Counted from the stretch's first letter, positions 8,433 through 18,864 are shown. The stretch is DNA of 64,000 nucleotides from Deltaproteobacteria bacterium (GCA_022710585.1 JAKLGV010000001.1:192131-256130), one strand, 5' to 3'. Notes: generated from the letters alone by a model not told the origin. Made by a program: numbers and translations.

Positions 8433-10130
8433 TCAGACTGAAAATTCTTTAAGAAACGCGCTTTCCGTATCATGCGTACCGATCAGGATAAGTTCATCGT
8501 CCTTTCTGATAAACATGGATGGTTCCGGATTGATGAAGGTCGCACCTTCATGAACGATGGCCACAACACGACATCCTGTTTTTTCTCTGATGCCGGATTG
8601 CGCCAATTTTTTATCCTCGAGAGAACCGGGGGCGGGCAGATGAAAAATGTTCAGTCCTTCCGCCAGGAGGATCGTTTCTTCATTCATCAAAAAATTGAAG
8701 ATAGCATTTGCGCCTAAAGAAGCATGCGACATGACAAAATCAGCGCCCGCGCGATGCAGCGTGGTGATGTTCCGGTCTTCGCTGGCACGGCTCAGGATCT
8801 GCATATCCGGCCTGAGGCTACGCAGATATTTGGTTAGATAAATATTGGTGGCATCGTCATGGGACGTAATCAGAGCGGCAGGCGCTTTTTCAAACCAGGC
8901 CTTTTCCAGGGTTTGAATATCCGCGGCATCTCCGAAAATAAAATGACTGTCCTCCTGATTGCGGCGCCTGTTTTTCTCGATAATCATGTAGGGAATATCC
9001 GCTTCTTTAAATTTACCGGCCACGGCATTACCGACGCGGCCTCCCCCGACAATGATCACCGGATCACCGGCGACTTTACAAATCTGATAAAACGAATACA
9101 CGTCGTCATACGCGGTCAGCGCGGCTTGGGTTCCGGCCAAAACCAAGACGCTCGTGTTGTCGATAACCGTTTCCGGTTTTGGAATGATGAATGTTCCCCG
9201 CTCCCAGATGCCCACCACGGTCAGTCCAAATTTTTCCCGGATGCGACTTTCGGCGATGGTCTTCCCCACGAGCGGGGTGCTTCTCACGGGAACCTGTCCG
9301 ATGACCAGTTCTCCATAAGCACCGATAATATTGGCTTTGCAGTCCCCCGCAATCGTCCATGCCGCAAGCGACTTCCCCAGAATTTCATGAAGCTGCATAA
9401 CCAGGGAGCTGCCGGCGAGTTGCAGGATGTCAACCGAATGGGGGGAATCGGCGGTGGTCATGATCGGCAGATGCTCAAAATCTTCTCGCAGCGTGAGTGT
9501 GATATTTGTATTCATCTGATCCGAATTGGTCGCGACAACCATGGCGGCGTTTTGCGCGCGCATTTTCGCGTAGGTTTCCGGATCATCAATCTTGCCCACA
9601 GCCACCCGGATATTCCGGTCATAAAGTTCGAGCGCCTTTTGATATTCATCAACGATGACGACATAATCTTTTTTATGGTCGACAAGTTTTTCAATCAGAG
9701 ACTCTGTTAAGGGATCGTAATGGGTGATGATCACATGATTGCGGGTATCCGACGGCAGCTCCCGGGGCGTGCGGCTTCTTGCCTGCGCATCCATCCAGGG
9801 CGCAAAGAAAAATTTAATAAAGATGAAAGGTAGCAGAATCATAAGTAAAACAACGCCCGAAAGCAGCACAATGATGGAAAAGACACGACCTAAATCAGAC
9901 GTAAAGGTAATATCGCCAAAGCCGAGAGTGGACATGGTCACGATCGTCCAATAAAGACCTGTGACCCAGGAATGTTCCTGGCCTTCCGCCGCCATGATGT
10001 AGTGAAAAAGAATGCTGTACAGGGTCATCAGGGTAATGATAAAAATCAAATACCTGACAATCAAACCAATATTCGCTTTGGTAATCTTGCTGGAGATCAC
10101 CGTGCTGATCACAGACGGCAGAAATTTCAT
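8433..10130 (-). CDS. Two-TM potassium channel with tandem RCK (TrkA-N/TrkA-C) domains
   Basis: Selectivity filter TMSTLGFGDITF. Two Rossmann-type RCK segments (HVIITHYDPL..., VIIVGGGRVGNAVAG) and TrkA-C-like ends. Confidence 0.85.
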   Translation of the reverse strand: MKFLPSVISTVISSKITKANIGLIVRYLIFIITLMTLYSILFHYIMAAEGQEHSWVTGLYWTIVTMSTLGFGDITFTSDLGRVFSIIVLLSGVVLLMILLPFIFIKFFFAPWMDAQARSRTPRELPSDTRNHVIITHYDPLTESLIEKLVDHKKDYVVIVDEYQKALELYDRNIRVAVGKIDDPETYAKMRAQNAAMVVATNSDQMNTNITLTLREDFEHLPIMTTADSPHSVDILQLAGSSLVMQLHEILGKSLAAWTIAGDCKANIIGAYGELVIGQVPVRSTPLVGKTIAESRIREKFGLTVVGIWERGTFIIPKPETVIDNTSVLVLAGTQAALTAYDDVYSFYQICKVAGDPVIIVGGGRVGNAVAGKFKEADIPYMIIEKNRRRNQEDSHFIFGDAADIQTLEKAWFEKAPAALITSHDDATNIYLTKYLRSLRPDMQILSRASEDRNITTLHRAGADFVMSHASLGANAIFNFLMNEETILLAEGLNIFHLPAPGSLEDKKLAQSGIREKTGCRVVAIVHEGATFINPEPSMFIRKDDELILIGTHDTESAFLKEFSV

Positions 10131-10239
10131 CGCTGGAATGTCCTTTTTAAAGGGAAATTCAATTTTCGCACTAAAGTCTTTTTGTTTAAAAGAAGCATCG
10201 AGAGAAAATTTTATTCTGTTCGCATCAAAACAAAGGCAA

Positions 10240-11145
10240 TCAATTTAAGATAATATTTTTTAATGCCTCATCGATGCCCGGATATTTAAATTTGTATCCT
10301 GCATCCAGCAGGCGCTTCGGTATCACCCGCTGGCCTTCGAGCAGAACGGAGCCGAATTCGCCCAGAATCAGTTTAATCATAAAACCGGGCGCCGGCATAA
10401 AGGACGGGCGATGCAAAACCCTGCCGATGGCCGCGCCCAATTCTTTATTCCGGACGGGCTCGGGCGAGCACAAATTCACGGGACCGGAGATTTCCTTTTT
10501 ATCGAGCAGAAAGATAAACGCTTCGACGAGATCACGCATATGAACCCAGGAAAACCACTGGCGGCCGCTCCCCAGCGGTCCGCCCAGAAAGAATTTGAAA
10601 AGAGGAATCATCTGCCCCAGGGCGCCGCCGTCTTTACCCAATACGATTCCGAAGCGGGTCATCACGACGCGCGCGCCTTTTTTCTGGGCGTTCAGCGCTT
10701 CGCTTTCCCAGTCGTAGGCCAGCCTGGCCAGGAAATCATTGCCGACGGGTGAGGATTCCGTCAATTCTTCATCCTGATGAAATCCATAATAGCCCACAGC
10801 GGACGTGCTGAAAAGAGTGATGTGCTTTGCGTCCTTCGGTAAGGCATCCACCAGATTCCGCGTGGTCAAAATGCGGCTGGAGCGTAAAATCTGTTTCTGC
10901 TCCTCCGTCCAGCGGCTGAAGATAGAAGCGCCGGCAAGATTAATGATGACATCATGTTCCGGAACTGCCTTCTGCCATTCCCCCTGAACCGTCGGATTAC
11001 CATGCAGATAGGAAAGCCCCTGCATTTTTAGAGCCGGCTCTTTATTTTCATGGGTCAGAACGGTTACCGAATGACCTTCGGAAATAAGTCGTTTGGATAA
11101 AGACGTGCCTACGAATCCGGTGCCACCTGTCATCAATATTTTCAT
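10240..11145 (-). CDS. TIGR01777-type (YfcH-like) NAD-dependent epimerase/dehydratase family protein
   Basis: MKILMTGGTGFVGTSL Rossmann N-terminus, and a DUF1731-like C-terminus (GQRVIPKRLLDAGYKFKYPGIDEAL). Confidence 0.85.
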   Translation of the reverse strand: MKILMTGGTGFVGTSLSKRLISEGHSVTVLTHENKEPALKMQGLSYLHGNPTVQGEWQKAVPEHDVIINLAGASIFSRWTEEQKQILRSSRILTTRNLVDALPKDAKHITLFSTSAVGYYGFHQDEELTESSPVGNDFLARLAYDWESEALNAQKKGARVVMTRFGIVLGKDGGALGQMIPLFKFFLGGPLGSGRQWFSWVHMRDLVEAFIFLLDKKEISGPVNLCSPEPVRNKELGAAIGRVLHRPSFMPAPGFMIKLILGEFGSVLLEGQRVIPKRLLDAGYKFKYPGIDEALKNIILN

Positions 11146-11210
11146 CTAAGTCCTCCCGAATAAAAAACGATTGACGTCCTGCGATTCAGTATTGTGCTGC
11201 TGAACAACAA

Positions 11211-11594
11211 CTATTTGCCGCTGCCGATCAAAGGCAAAACCTTTTTCACTTTAAAATAGACGAGAAATTTTGACTCTTTTTTATCTGGCGATTCGTATTC
11301 TTTTCGCTTTTTTCGTCGAAGGACTTCAATCAAGGGCGAATCTTTTTCTTCATGCGTCATCACCAGATAAAGCCTTTTTCCCTCATAGGATCCGTTCTCC
11401 TTGAAAAGATAAACAGCCGAAGGGTTCGTCTTCAGATTGGCATGGGTGAGACGATCAGAGGCAATGAAGGCAATCGTCTTCTCATCGATAAAATGAGGCC
11501 TGCCGTAAATCGCGGCGTTGACCCTGCCGTTTTCATCCGCTGTGGAGAGAACGCCCACGCCTTTTGCATTTTCAAAATATTCCGCCAGCGTCAT
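11211..11594 (-). CDS. Pyridoxamine 5'-phosphate oxidase-family (FMN-binding split-barrel) protein
   Basis: 127 aa. GVLSTADENGRVNAAIYGRPHF ... NPSAVYLF pattern typical of small PNPOx-like proteins. Confidence 0.65.
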   Translation of the reverse strand: MTLAEYFENAKGVGVLSTADENGRVNAAIYGRPHFIDEKTIAFIASDRLTHANLKTNPSAVYLFKENGSYEGKRLYLVMTHEEKDSPLIEVLRRKKRKEYESPDKKESKFLVYFKVKKVLPLIGSGK

Positions 11595-11665
11595 AATTCC
11601 TCCCTTGATTTTAATTTATTTTAAAGTAAATTAAGCCATCCTGATGGAATTGTAAAGGAGATAAA

Positions 11666-12184
11666 ATGATGGTTAGGAAATTGATGTTTTTTCTGGTGCT
11701 TCTTTTGACCGGCTGCGTTGGCATGCCGGATGGTGTAACGCCGGTGGAAAATTTTCAACTTGAACGGTATCTGGGCAAGTGGTACGAAATCGCAAGGTTG
11801 GATCACTCCTTCGAACGCGGCCTCTCCCGGATATCGGCCGAATACAGTCTGAACAACGACGGAAGCGTGAAGGTGATCAACCGCGGCTTCTCAGACAAAG
11901 ATGAAAAATGGAAAGAAGCCGTGGGCAAAGCGCATTTTGTGAAAAGTCCCTCTCAGGGTTTTCTCAAGGTCTCCTTCTTCGGTCCTTTTTACGGGTCGTA
12001 TATCATTCTGGATCTGGATCACCAAAATTATTCCCACGCGCTGGTCTGCGGCCCTGACCGTTCATATCTCTGGATTCTGGCGCGCTCCCCGAAAATAAAC
12101 GATGAAACAAAAAATGCTTTAATAACCAAAGCGGCATCTCTGGGCTTTAAAACAGATGAACTTATCTTTGTACAGCACGACTGA
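11666..12184 (+). CDS. blc: Outer-membrane lipocalin lipoprotein
   Basis: Lipobox LLLTGC. YLGKWYEIARLDHSFERGL and YLWILARSP are classic bacterial lipocalin blocks. Confidence 0.9.
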   Translation: MMVRKLMFFLVLLLTGCVGMPDGVTPVENFQLERYLGKWYEIARLDHSFERGLSRISAEYSLNNDGSVKVINRGFSDKDEKWKEAVGKAHFVKSPSQGFLKVSFFGPFYGSYIILDLDHQNYSHALVCGPDRSYLWILARSPKINDETKNALITKAASLGFKTDELIFVQHD

Positions 12185-12362
12185 AACAGCTTCGCTGAGC
12201 CTGAAGCCGGCATCATAGGAAGTTCGTCAGCGGTAAACCTGCTTGATGCATTTTATTAAAAATTATGATAGCAGGGAAACAAGTTCTTTCAGGAGATGCC
12301 CATCATTTTCGAATCGGAAACAGGGCTTTTAAAAATATTTTTACATTGGAAAGGAGTTCAAC

Positions 12363-13652
12363 ATGAAAGATGTAGTAATCGTGAGCGGCGCCCGAACGGC
12401 AGTCGGTGAATTCGGCGGCTCGTTAAAAGACGTAAAAGTTGTGGATATCGGCGCATTGGTGATGAAGGAAGCGATGAAACGCGCCGGATTGAGACCGGCT
12501 ATTGATGATTTCCACAAGAGCTGTCGGGCGGACGCTCTGGGCAGTTTTGAAATGACGGAAATTAACAAAAAATACTACGACTACGACGCATCCCTCAAAC
12601 CCGTTTACGTGGAGGAAGTCATTCTGGGCAACGTTTTACAGGGAGGACTGGGACAGAATTCCGCCCGCCAGGCCTGCATTTATGCGGGGTTTCCTGAAGA
12701 AACCAACGCCTTTACCATCAACAAGGTCTGCGCGTCGGGAATGAAAGCCATCGCGCTAGCCGCGCAGTCCATTCAGTCCGGTAATGCCGAAATCGTTGTC
12801 GCGGGCGGTATGGAAGTGATGAGCAACGCCCCGTTTGCCGTCCCACAGGCGCGCTGGGGACACCGCATGAGCATGCCCTTTTCCCAGATTACCGATTTGA
12901 TGGTTTATGACGGACTTTATGAAATCTTCAACGGCTACCACATGGGCATGACCGCGGAAAATATTGCGGCGCTGTACAAAATTTCCCGCCAGGAGCAGGA
13001 TGAATTTTCCTTCCGCAGCCACCAGAGAGCCCGTGCGGCCAACGCCTCCGGCGCCGTCGCTGATGAAATCGTACCCGTCGTAATTCCGCAGAAAAAAGGC
13101 GATCCCAAAGTTTTCAAGGTTGACGAAAGACCGATGGACACCTCGCTGGAGAAAATGGGCAAACTGGCTACCGTTTTCAAGAAAGACGGCACCGTCACGG
13201 CAGGAAACGCTTCCGGTATTAACGATGGCGCCGCAGCCGTTGTTGTCATGAGCGCCGATAAAGCCAAAGAACTGAAGTTGCAGCCACTTGCAAAGATCTG
13301 CGGCTTCGCCAGTGGCGGTGTTGATCCTGCGTATATGGGGCTGGGACCGATTCCGGCAACACGCAAACTTTTCAAGAGACTGAATCTAACCGTTAAAGAC
13401 ATTGACCTCTTCGAGCTCAATGAAGCCTTTGCCGTTCAGGCGCTTGCCTGTATGAAAGAGCTGAGCGTTGACGGAGAGAAATGCAACCTCAACGGCGGCG
13501 CGGTTTCCATCGGCCATCCCATCGGCTGCTCCGGCGCCCGCATTACCTACACGTTGGCTATGCAGATGAAGAAGAAAGGCTTGAAACGCGGCCTCGCTTC
13601 GCTGTGCATCGGCGGTGGACAGGGCATGTCCATGATTCTGGAAAGCGTTTAG
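12363..13652 (+). CDS. Acetyl-CoA C-acetyltransferase (thiolase II) with an N-terminal insertion
   Basis: [19 protein letters not shown], active-site [29 protein letters not shown] and [25 protein letters not shown] upstream. Confidence 0.92.
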   Translation: MKDVVIVSGARTAVGEFGGSLKDVKVVDIGALVMKEAMKRAGLRPAIDDFHKSCRADALGSFEMTEINKKYYDYDASLKPVYVEEVILGNVLQGGLGQNSARQACIYAGFPEETNAFTINKVCASGMKAIALAAQSIQSGNAEIVVAGGMEVMSNAPFAVPQARWGHRMSMPFSQITDLMVYDGLYEIFNGYHMGMTAENIAALYKISRQEQDEFSFRSHQRARAANASGAVADEIVPVVIPQKKGDPKVFKVDERPMDTSLEKMGKLATVFKKDGTVTAGNASGINDGAAAVVVMSADKAKELKLQPLAKICGFASGGVDPAYMGLGPIPATRKLFKRLNLTVKDIDLFELNEAFAVQALACMKELSVDGEKCNLNGGAVSIGHPIGCSGARITYTLAMQMKKKGLKRGLASLCIGGGQGMSMILESV

Positions 13653-13667
13653 AATCTTTTTGTCAAT

Positions 13668-13698
13668 AAAAAGGGTGGATTTTCTCCACCCTTTTTTC
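13668..13698 (+). terminator. Rho-independent terminator after the thiolase gene
   Basis: aaaagggtgga / tccaccctttt stem followed by a T-run. Confidence 0.7.
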
Positions 13699-13731
13699 TC
13701 TTACCGTTTTGTCATACTAGGGAGTATTTCC

Positions 13732-15378
13732 ATGTCATTGCATCTTCATCAATTAAAATCTTTTCACGGTAGAAAAGGTCCCCTGCTGCTGATTATCATG
13801 GACGGCATCGGCATCGGTAAAGCGGATGAATCGAACGCCGTATTTAAGGCCAGGACGCCCAACCTCGATCAATTATTCAAGTCCGATCTCTATACGCAAC
13901 TGAAAGCCCATGGCACGGCTGTCGGGTTGCCTTCAGATGACGATATGGGCAACAGCGAAGTTGGACACAATGCCATGGGGGCGGGAAGGATTTTCGATCA
14001 GGGCGCCCGTCTGGTCAACAAAGCGCTCAAGACCGGAGGCATTTTTCAAACGGAGGTCTGGGATCATATCACCGGACGCGCCCAGAACGGCGGAACAATT
14101 CATTTCATCGGGCTGCTTTCCGACGGCAATGTCCACTCGCACATTGAGCAGTTGTTCATCATGATCGACAAGTGCGCTGAATTAAATTTCAAAAAAGTGA
14201 AAATTCATCCCCTGCTGGACGGACGGGATGTGGGAGAGCGAACGGCGCTGGATTATGTGATTCCCACCGAGGAAAAACTCAAAAAAATTTCGGATAAAAA
14301 AGGCTTCGACTACGCCATCGCCTCCGGCGGCGGACGCATGAAGGTTACGATGGACCGGTACAATTCCGACTGGAATATCGTCAAGCGAGGGTGGGAAGCG
14401 CACGTGCGGGGCGAAGGTCGGATGTTTGCTTCCGCATCGGAGGCGGTCAAGACGTTTTACGCGGAAGATCCAAAAGCAACGGATCAGTATCTGCCGTCGT
14501 TTGTCGTCATCAACAGCGCGGGAAATCCCGTTGGCCCCATCAAAGACGGTGACGCGGTCATCTTTTTCAACTTCCGCGGCGACCGCGCCATTGAGATATC
14601 CAGAGCCTTCTCCGAAAAAGATTTCAAAGAATTCGACCGGGGAGAGCTGCCGGACATCTTTTACGCGGGTATGATGGAGTATGACGGCGACGCGCATATT
14701 CCGCCCAATTTTCTGGTGCAGCCGCCGGCCATCGACCGCGTCATCAGCGAGTATCTCTGCGCGGAAAAGGTAAAAACCTTTGCCGTCTCTGAAACCCAGA
14801 AGTTCGGACACGTAACGTATTTCTGGAACGGCAACCGCTCCGGCTATATTGATGAAGCGCTGGAGAAATATGTGGAGATTCCTTCCGACCGGATTGAGTT
14901 CGACAAGGCTCCGCAGATGAAAGCCAGCGAGATAACGGCTGAAGTCATCAAGCTGCTGAAGAGCGGCCATTACCGGTTCGGCAGGACGAATTTCCCGAAC
15001 GGCGACATGGTCGGACATACAGGCATGACGGAGGCTGCCGTCATCGCGGTGGAGACGGTAGATCAGTGCGTCGGTGAGCTTCTAACGGCCGTCAAAGACA
15101 TCGGAGGCATTGCCGTTATCACATCGGACCACGGCAATGCGGACGAGATGTTTTCCATCGACAAAAAGGGCGCGAAATCCGTGAAGACCGCGCATTCGCT
15201 GAATCCGGTACCGTTTATCATTTACGATCCCGGGTATCAGAACGAATACCGGATGGCCGATCTCAAGGGAAAAGGCCTGTCCAATATCGCGGCGACGCTC
15301 CTGAATCTATTGGGGTATGAAAAACCGGAAGACTACGATCCGTCGTTGATAGAAATGGCAGCCGCCGGAAAATCATAA
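13732..15378 (+). CDS. gpmI: 2,3-bisphosphoglycerate-independent phosphoglycerate mutase
   Basis: LLLIIMDGIGIG, GNSEVGHNAMGAGRI, HFIGLLSDGNVHSH, FPNGDMVGHTG and TSDHGNADEM. I prefer the ATG at 13732 (GGAG at 13721), because the ORF-track start at 13660 lies inside the thiolase terminator. Confidence 0.9.
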   Translation: MSLHLHQLKSFHGRKGPLLLIIMDGIGIGKADESNAVFKARTPNLDQLFKSDLYTQLKAHGTAVGLPSDDDMGNSEVGHNAMGAGRIFDQGARLVNKALKTGGIFQTEVWDHITGRAQNGGTIHFIGLLSDGNVHSHIEQLFIMIDKCAELNFKKVKIHPLLDGRDVGERTALDYVIPTEEKLKKISDKKGFDYAIASGGGRMKVTMDRYNSDWNIVKRGWEAHVRGEGRMFASASEAVKTFYAEDPKATDQYLPSFVVINSAGNPVGPIKDGDAVIFFNFRGDRAIEISRAFSEKDFKEFDRGELPDIFYAGMMEYDGDAHIPPNFLVQPPAIDRVISEYLCAEKVKTFAVSETQKFGHVTYFWNGNRSGYIDEALEKYVEIPSDRIEFDKAPQMKASEITAEVIKLLKSGHYRFGRTNFPNGDMVGHTGMTEAAVIAVETVDQCVGELLTAVKDIGGIAVITSDHGNADEMFSIDKKGAKSVKTAHSLNPVPFIIYDPGYQNEYRMADLKGKGLSNIAATLLNLLGYEKPEDYDPSLIEMAAAGKS

Positions 15379-15427
15379 ATGCCGCAATGGATGCAATCGG
15401 GAACTGAACGATTGAGACTTTCCTTAA

Positions 15428-15474
15428 AAAGCAAAGCCAGAGCAGGATTAATTCCTCCGCTCTGGCTTTTTATT
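15428..15474. terminator. Bidirectional stem-loop between convergent gpmI and the OMP gene
   Basis: aaagccagagc (15433-15443) pairs with gctctggcttt (15459-15469). It is flanked by A-runs and T-runs. Confidence 0.65.
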
Positions 15475-15493
15475 AAATATTTTTGCGGATCAG

Positions 15494-16123
15494 CTAAAAA
15501 GTGAACCGGAATCCGCAATAGACGTTATGAGATGCGAATTCAACATCATAACCTTCAAGATCAAGGTCTTCCGTTGCGAAATACCGGTATTTTAAATCAA
15601 TGCTCATATGGGGGTTCAGGGCAAAGGCCAGACCGGCTCCAACCTGATACGCTAATACCGTATCATCGGCATCAAATAATTCAACATTGGCCATGCCGAT
15701 GCCGGCCGTGATGAAAGGCGTCACCGGAGAGGGATTGACAAAATCCAGATAGAAATTTCCCATAAACGAATAGGCTGTCATGTCGCTCTCGTCGTCATCA
15801 TCATAGTAATCGTCATCATCATAATAATCGTCGTCATAATAATCGTGATCATATTTATAATCTACATTATTTCCCTGGTATCCGAATTCTCCTTCGATTC
15901 TGAACATACCAAAGTTGAATCCGGCGGCAAAGCCACTCGCGAAACCGGGGTCATACTCTATGGATCCCAGGTCATGCCCGTGTACTGATACATCGCTGTC
16001 TGTCAGGGAACTCACGCCCAGCTGGCCGCTGATATAAGGGCCTACCTTCGTATAGCCTAATGAAATACTGGGAAGCATAAACAGCATCAACAATACGACA
16101 AAAAATGAAAAAATCCTCTTCAT
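15494..16123 (-). CDS. Small outer-membrane beta-barrel protein (OMP_b-brl/OmpW-size class) with a Tyr/Asp-rich insert
   Basis: Signal peptide, [11 protein letters not shown] amphipathic strands and the C-terminal ...VYCGFRFTF. Internal DYKYDHDYYDDDYYDDDDYYDDDDESD. Confidence 0.75.
   Translation of the reverse strand: MKRIFSFFVVLLMLFMLPSISLGYTKVGPYISGQLGVSSLTDSDVSVHGHDLGSIEYDPGFASGFAAGFNFGMFRIEGEFGYQGNNVDYKYDHDYYDDDYYDDDDYYDDDDESDMTAYSFMGNFYLDFVNPSPVTPFITAGIGMANVELFDADDTVLAYQVGAGLAFALNPHMSIDLKYRYFATEDLDLEGYDVEFASHNVYCGFRFTF
15783..15862 (-). repeat. Coding low-complexity (Tyr/Asp)n tract inside the OMP gene
   Basis: The plus strand reads gtcgtcatcatcatagtaatcgtcatcatcataataatcgtcgtcataataatcgtgatcata. 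This is a triplet-periodic GTC/ATC/ATA run. Confidence 0.8.
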
Positions 16124-16219
16124 AACGTCCTCCTTGTTTAATGACTTGTTATCAAATGTTCACAGTGATAAATCAAAAATTAAACGCGGTTACGAGGGAC
16201 ATCTTTAAGCCCCTGGTGT

Positions 16220-17002
16220 TTATTTTCCCGTAAAAGTCGGTTTTCTCTTTTCCAGAAACGCTTTCATGCCTTCTTTCTGATCTTCTGTGCTGAAACACTG
16301 CACGATGCAGGCAATTTCAAGCTTGTTGGCGCTGTCCAGCGACAGATCATAACCGTAATTGATCGCGTCCTTGGCCACTTTCATGGCAAAAGGCGGCAGC
16401 TTGGTCAATTTCATGGCGAATTTTCGGGCTTCTTCCATAAGATTTTCCGGAGAAACGACTCTATTGACCAACCCTATTTCATAAGCGCGCTGGGCGTTAA
16501 TCTGGCCACCGGCCAGAATCATTTCCTTGGCGATGCCCATTCCAACCAACCGGGGCAGCCTCTGGGTTCCTCCCCAGCCGGGGATGACGCCGATTAAAAT
16601 CTCCGGCTGGCCGAAAACAGCCTTCTCCGATGCAAACCGGATGTCGCAGGACATCGCGAGTTCCGTTCCGCCTCCCAGCGCAAAACCGTTGACAGCGGCA
16701 ATGGACGGTTTCGGCATGGTTTCGATCATTCTGAATGTGCGATGACCCAATTCCATGACGGCCACCATTTCCACGGATGTCGAATTCTGCATCCGCGCGA
16801 TATCCGCTCCGGCCACGAAAGCCTTGTCTCCCGCGCCGGTCAAGATCAGTGCTTTGATGTTGTCATCTTTCTCACAAATGGTCACCGCGTCCAGAAGTTC
16901 CGTCAGCACATCCGTATTCAAGGCATTTAGAACTTTAGGCCGGTTAAATGTTATGGTGGCAATTCCCTCTTCAACGCTAAAAATAATGTTCTGGTATTCC
17001 AT
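16220..17002 (-). CDS. Enoyl-CoA hydratase (crotonase family)
   Basis: ATITFNRPKVLNALN, LTGAGDKAFVAGADI, AAVNGFALGGGTELAMSCDIR and FGQPEILIGVIPGWGGTQRL. Confidence 0.9.
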   Translation of the reverse strand: MEYQNIIFSVEEGIATITFNRPKVLNALNTDVLTELLDAVTICEKDDNIKALILTGAGDKAFVAGADIARMQNSTSVEMVAVMELGHRTFRMIETMPKPSIAAVNGFALGGGTELAMSCDIRFASEKAVFGQPEILIGVIPGWGGTQRLPRLVGMGIAKEMILAGGQINAQRAYEIGLVNRVVSPENLMEEARKFAMKLTKLPPFAMKVAKDAINYGYDLSLDSANKLEIACIVQCFSTEDQKEGMKAFLEKRKPTFTGK

Positions 17003-17070
17003 GGTTCTCCTTCCCTTGATAAAAAATATTTAACCGTCAATCTGCAAGTCTCTTCAGCGATACCGATTGA

Positions 17071-18759
17071 TTATGGTTTTCTTTTCTTGAGTTCCTCACT
17101 CCTTAATTCTTTACGCAGTATTTTCCCAACGGTACTCTTCGGCAGCTCTTTGCGGAACTCCACTTCCGTGGGCAACTTGTAAGCAGCCAGGTGAGCCTTG
17201 CCGAATTCAATCATTTCTTCAGCCGTTGCCGTCTGGCCTTCCTTGAGAACGACAAAGAGTTTCACATTCTCACCGCGTTTGGCGTCAGGAATGCCGATGG
17301 AACAGCATTCTTCGACTTTGGGATTGCCGTAATAAACCTCATCGATGTCCCGCGGATAAACGTTGTAGCCGCCGGAGATAATCATATCTTTCTTGCGGTC
17401 AACAATATAGAAATAACCCTCTTCATCCATCGTGGCGATATCTCCGGTGTACATCCAGCCGTCTTTCAGGACGTTGGCCGTTTCTTCAGGCATTCCCTTG
17501 TAGCCTCTCATCACCTGCGGCCCTTTCACAATCAGCTCTCCCGGCTTTCCGACCGGCATGTCCGTCACGCCATCCTCGAGGTCAACAATCCGCGCCAGTG
17601 TATCGGATGCGGGGAGACCGATACTGCCGACTTTCTGCTTGCCCTTGAAGGGATTCATGTGAGTCACCGGACAGGTCTCCGTCATCCCGAAACCTTCTGA
17701 AATGTAGGCGCCTGTCTTTTTCTGAAATTCCTGTATAACCTCAACCGGCAGGGGCGCGCTTCCGGAAAAAGCTCCTTTGATACAACTCATATCTGTTTTC
17801 TTCAAATCGGGATGATTGAGCATACCGATATACATCGTCGGCACCAGCGGTGTAAAAGTCGGTTTGTAATCCCGAATCGCCTGCAGCAGAGGTTCCGGCT
17901 GCGGCCGGGGAATCAGAATTTGATTCCAGGCCAGCGAAACAGCCAGATTCATGGAGCAGGACATTCCAAAGACATGAAAATAGGGCAAGGCACCCAACAT
18001 GACTTCATGGCCTCTTCCGAAACTTGGGAACCAGGCGTTGATCTGTTGAACCTGTTTGCTCAGGTTTCCGTGGGTCAGGACAACCCCTTTGGAAACGCCC
18101 GTGGTTCCCCCCGTATACTGATACATAGCAACATCATCCAATGTTAATTTCACAGTTGGCGGATTGGGCTGGTATTGGGCAAGACAGTCCTTCCATTGAT
18201 AAACATCGGCGGCCGCCTTCACTTCCGTGTAAGCCAGTTTCTTTGTCTTGTATGCTATAAAGCGCTTGATGGGATTCAGATAATCACCGATTCTCATATA
18301 GACAATCTGTTTGATTTTTGTTTTCGGACGCAAATCGATCATCCGATTGGCCAGAGCATCCATGGTAATCAGGGCTTTGGATTCGGAATCATTGAACTGA
18401 TGATTCAGTTCCGGATCAGAATAGAGAGGATTATTCAGGACAACGATGGCGCCTATCTTTAGAATGGCATAATAGGCGACAACGCACGGGATGCTGTTGG
18501 GCAGAAGAATCGCCACGGCATCCCCTTTCTTGATGCCGAAACCCGTGAGACATGTGGCAAAACGATTCACCTGGTCTTGAAACTGACGATAGGTTAACTT
18601 ATGGCCGACAAACACCATCGCTGTGCTATCGGGAAAATCCTTGACCGCTTTGTCAAGATAGTCAGGCATGGTGAGTTCTTCGAACTGGACGTTTTCCGGA
18701 ACACCTTTCTCATAGGATTTCAACCAGAGTTTTTGTGCATAAATGGAATCGGCTGCCAT
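17071..18759 (-). CDS. fadD: Long-chain fatty acid--CoA ligase (AMP-binding family)
   Basis: AMP-binding signature YQYTGGTTGVSKGVVLTHGN, YTGDIATMDEEGYFYIVDRKKDMI and the C-terminal PKSTVGKILRKEL. Confidence 0.9.
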   Translation of the reverse strand: MAADSIYAQKLWLKSYEKGVPENVQFEELTMPDYLDKAVKDFPDSTAMVFVGHKLTYRQFQDQVNRFATCLTGFGIKKGDAVAILLPNSIPCVVAYYAILKIGAIVVLNNPLYSDPELNHQFNDSESKALITMDALANRMIDLRPKTKIKQIVYMRIGDYLNPIKRFIAYKTKKLAYTEVKAAADVYQWKDCLAQYQPNPPTVKLTLDDVAMYQYTGGTTGVSKGVVLTHGNLSKQVQQINAWFPSFGRGHEVMLGALPYFHVFGMSCSMNLAVSLAWNQILIPRPQPEPLLQAIRDYKPTFTPLVPTMYIGMLNHPDLKKTDMSCIKGAFSGSAPLPVEVIQEFQKKTGAYISEGFGMTETCPVTHMNPFKGKQKVGSIGLPASDTLARIVDLEDGVTDMPVGKPGELIVKGPQVMRGYKGMPEETANVLKDGWMYTGDIATMDEEGYFYIVDRKKDMIISGGYNVYPRDIDEVYYGNPKVEECCSIGIPDAKRGENVKLFVVLKEGQTATAEEMIEFGKAHLAAYKLPTEVEFRKELPKSTVGKILRKELRSEELKKRKP

Positions 18760-18830
18760 AATCTACTTACCTCCCTTTCGTATTGTTATTGATAGCGACA
18801 TAGTAAAAGGAAAGTTTGTTTTTGTCCACA

Positions 18831-18864
18831 AAAAAAAGCCCGGCTTTATTCAGCCGGGCTTTTT
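18831..18864 (-). terminator. Rho-independent terminator after the FeS oxidoreductase gene
   Basis: agcccggct (18837-18845) pairs with agccgggct (18852-18860). A-runs and T-runs lie on both sides. Confidence 0.7.

Noticed and set aside
13660-13731. Upstream extension of gpmI (MSIKRVDFLHPFFSYRFVILGSIS).
   Set aside because: These codons span the thiolase terminator hairpin. The ATG at 13732 has a GGAG RBS and matches the usual iPGM N-terminus.
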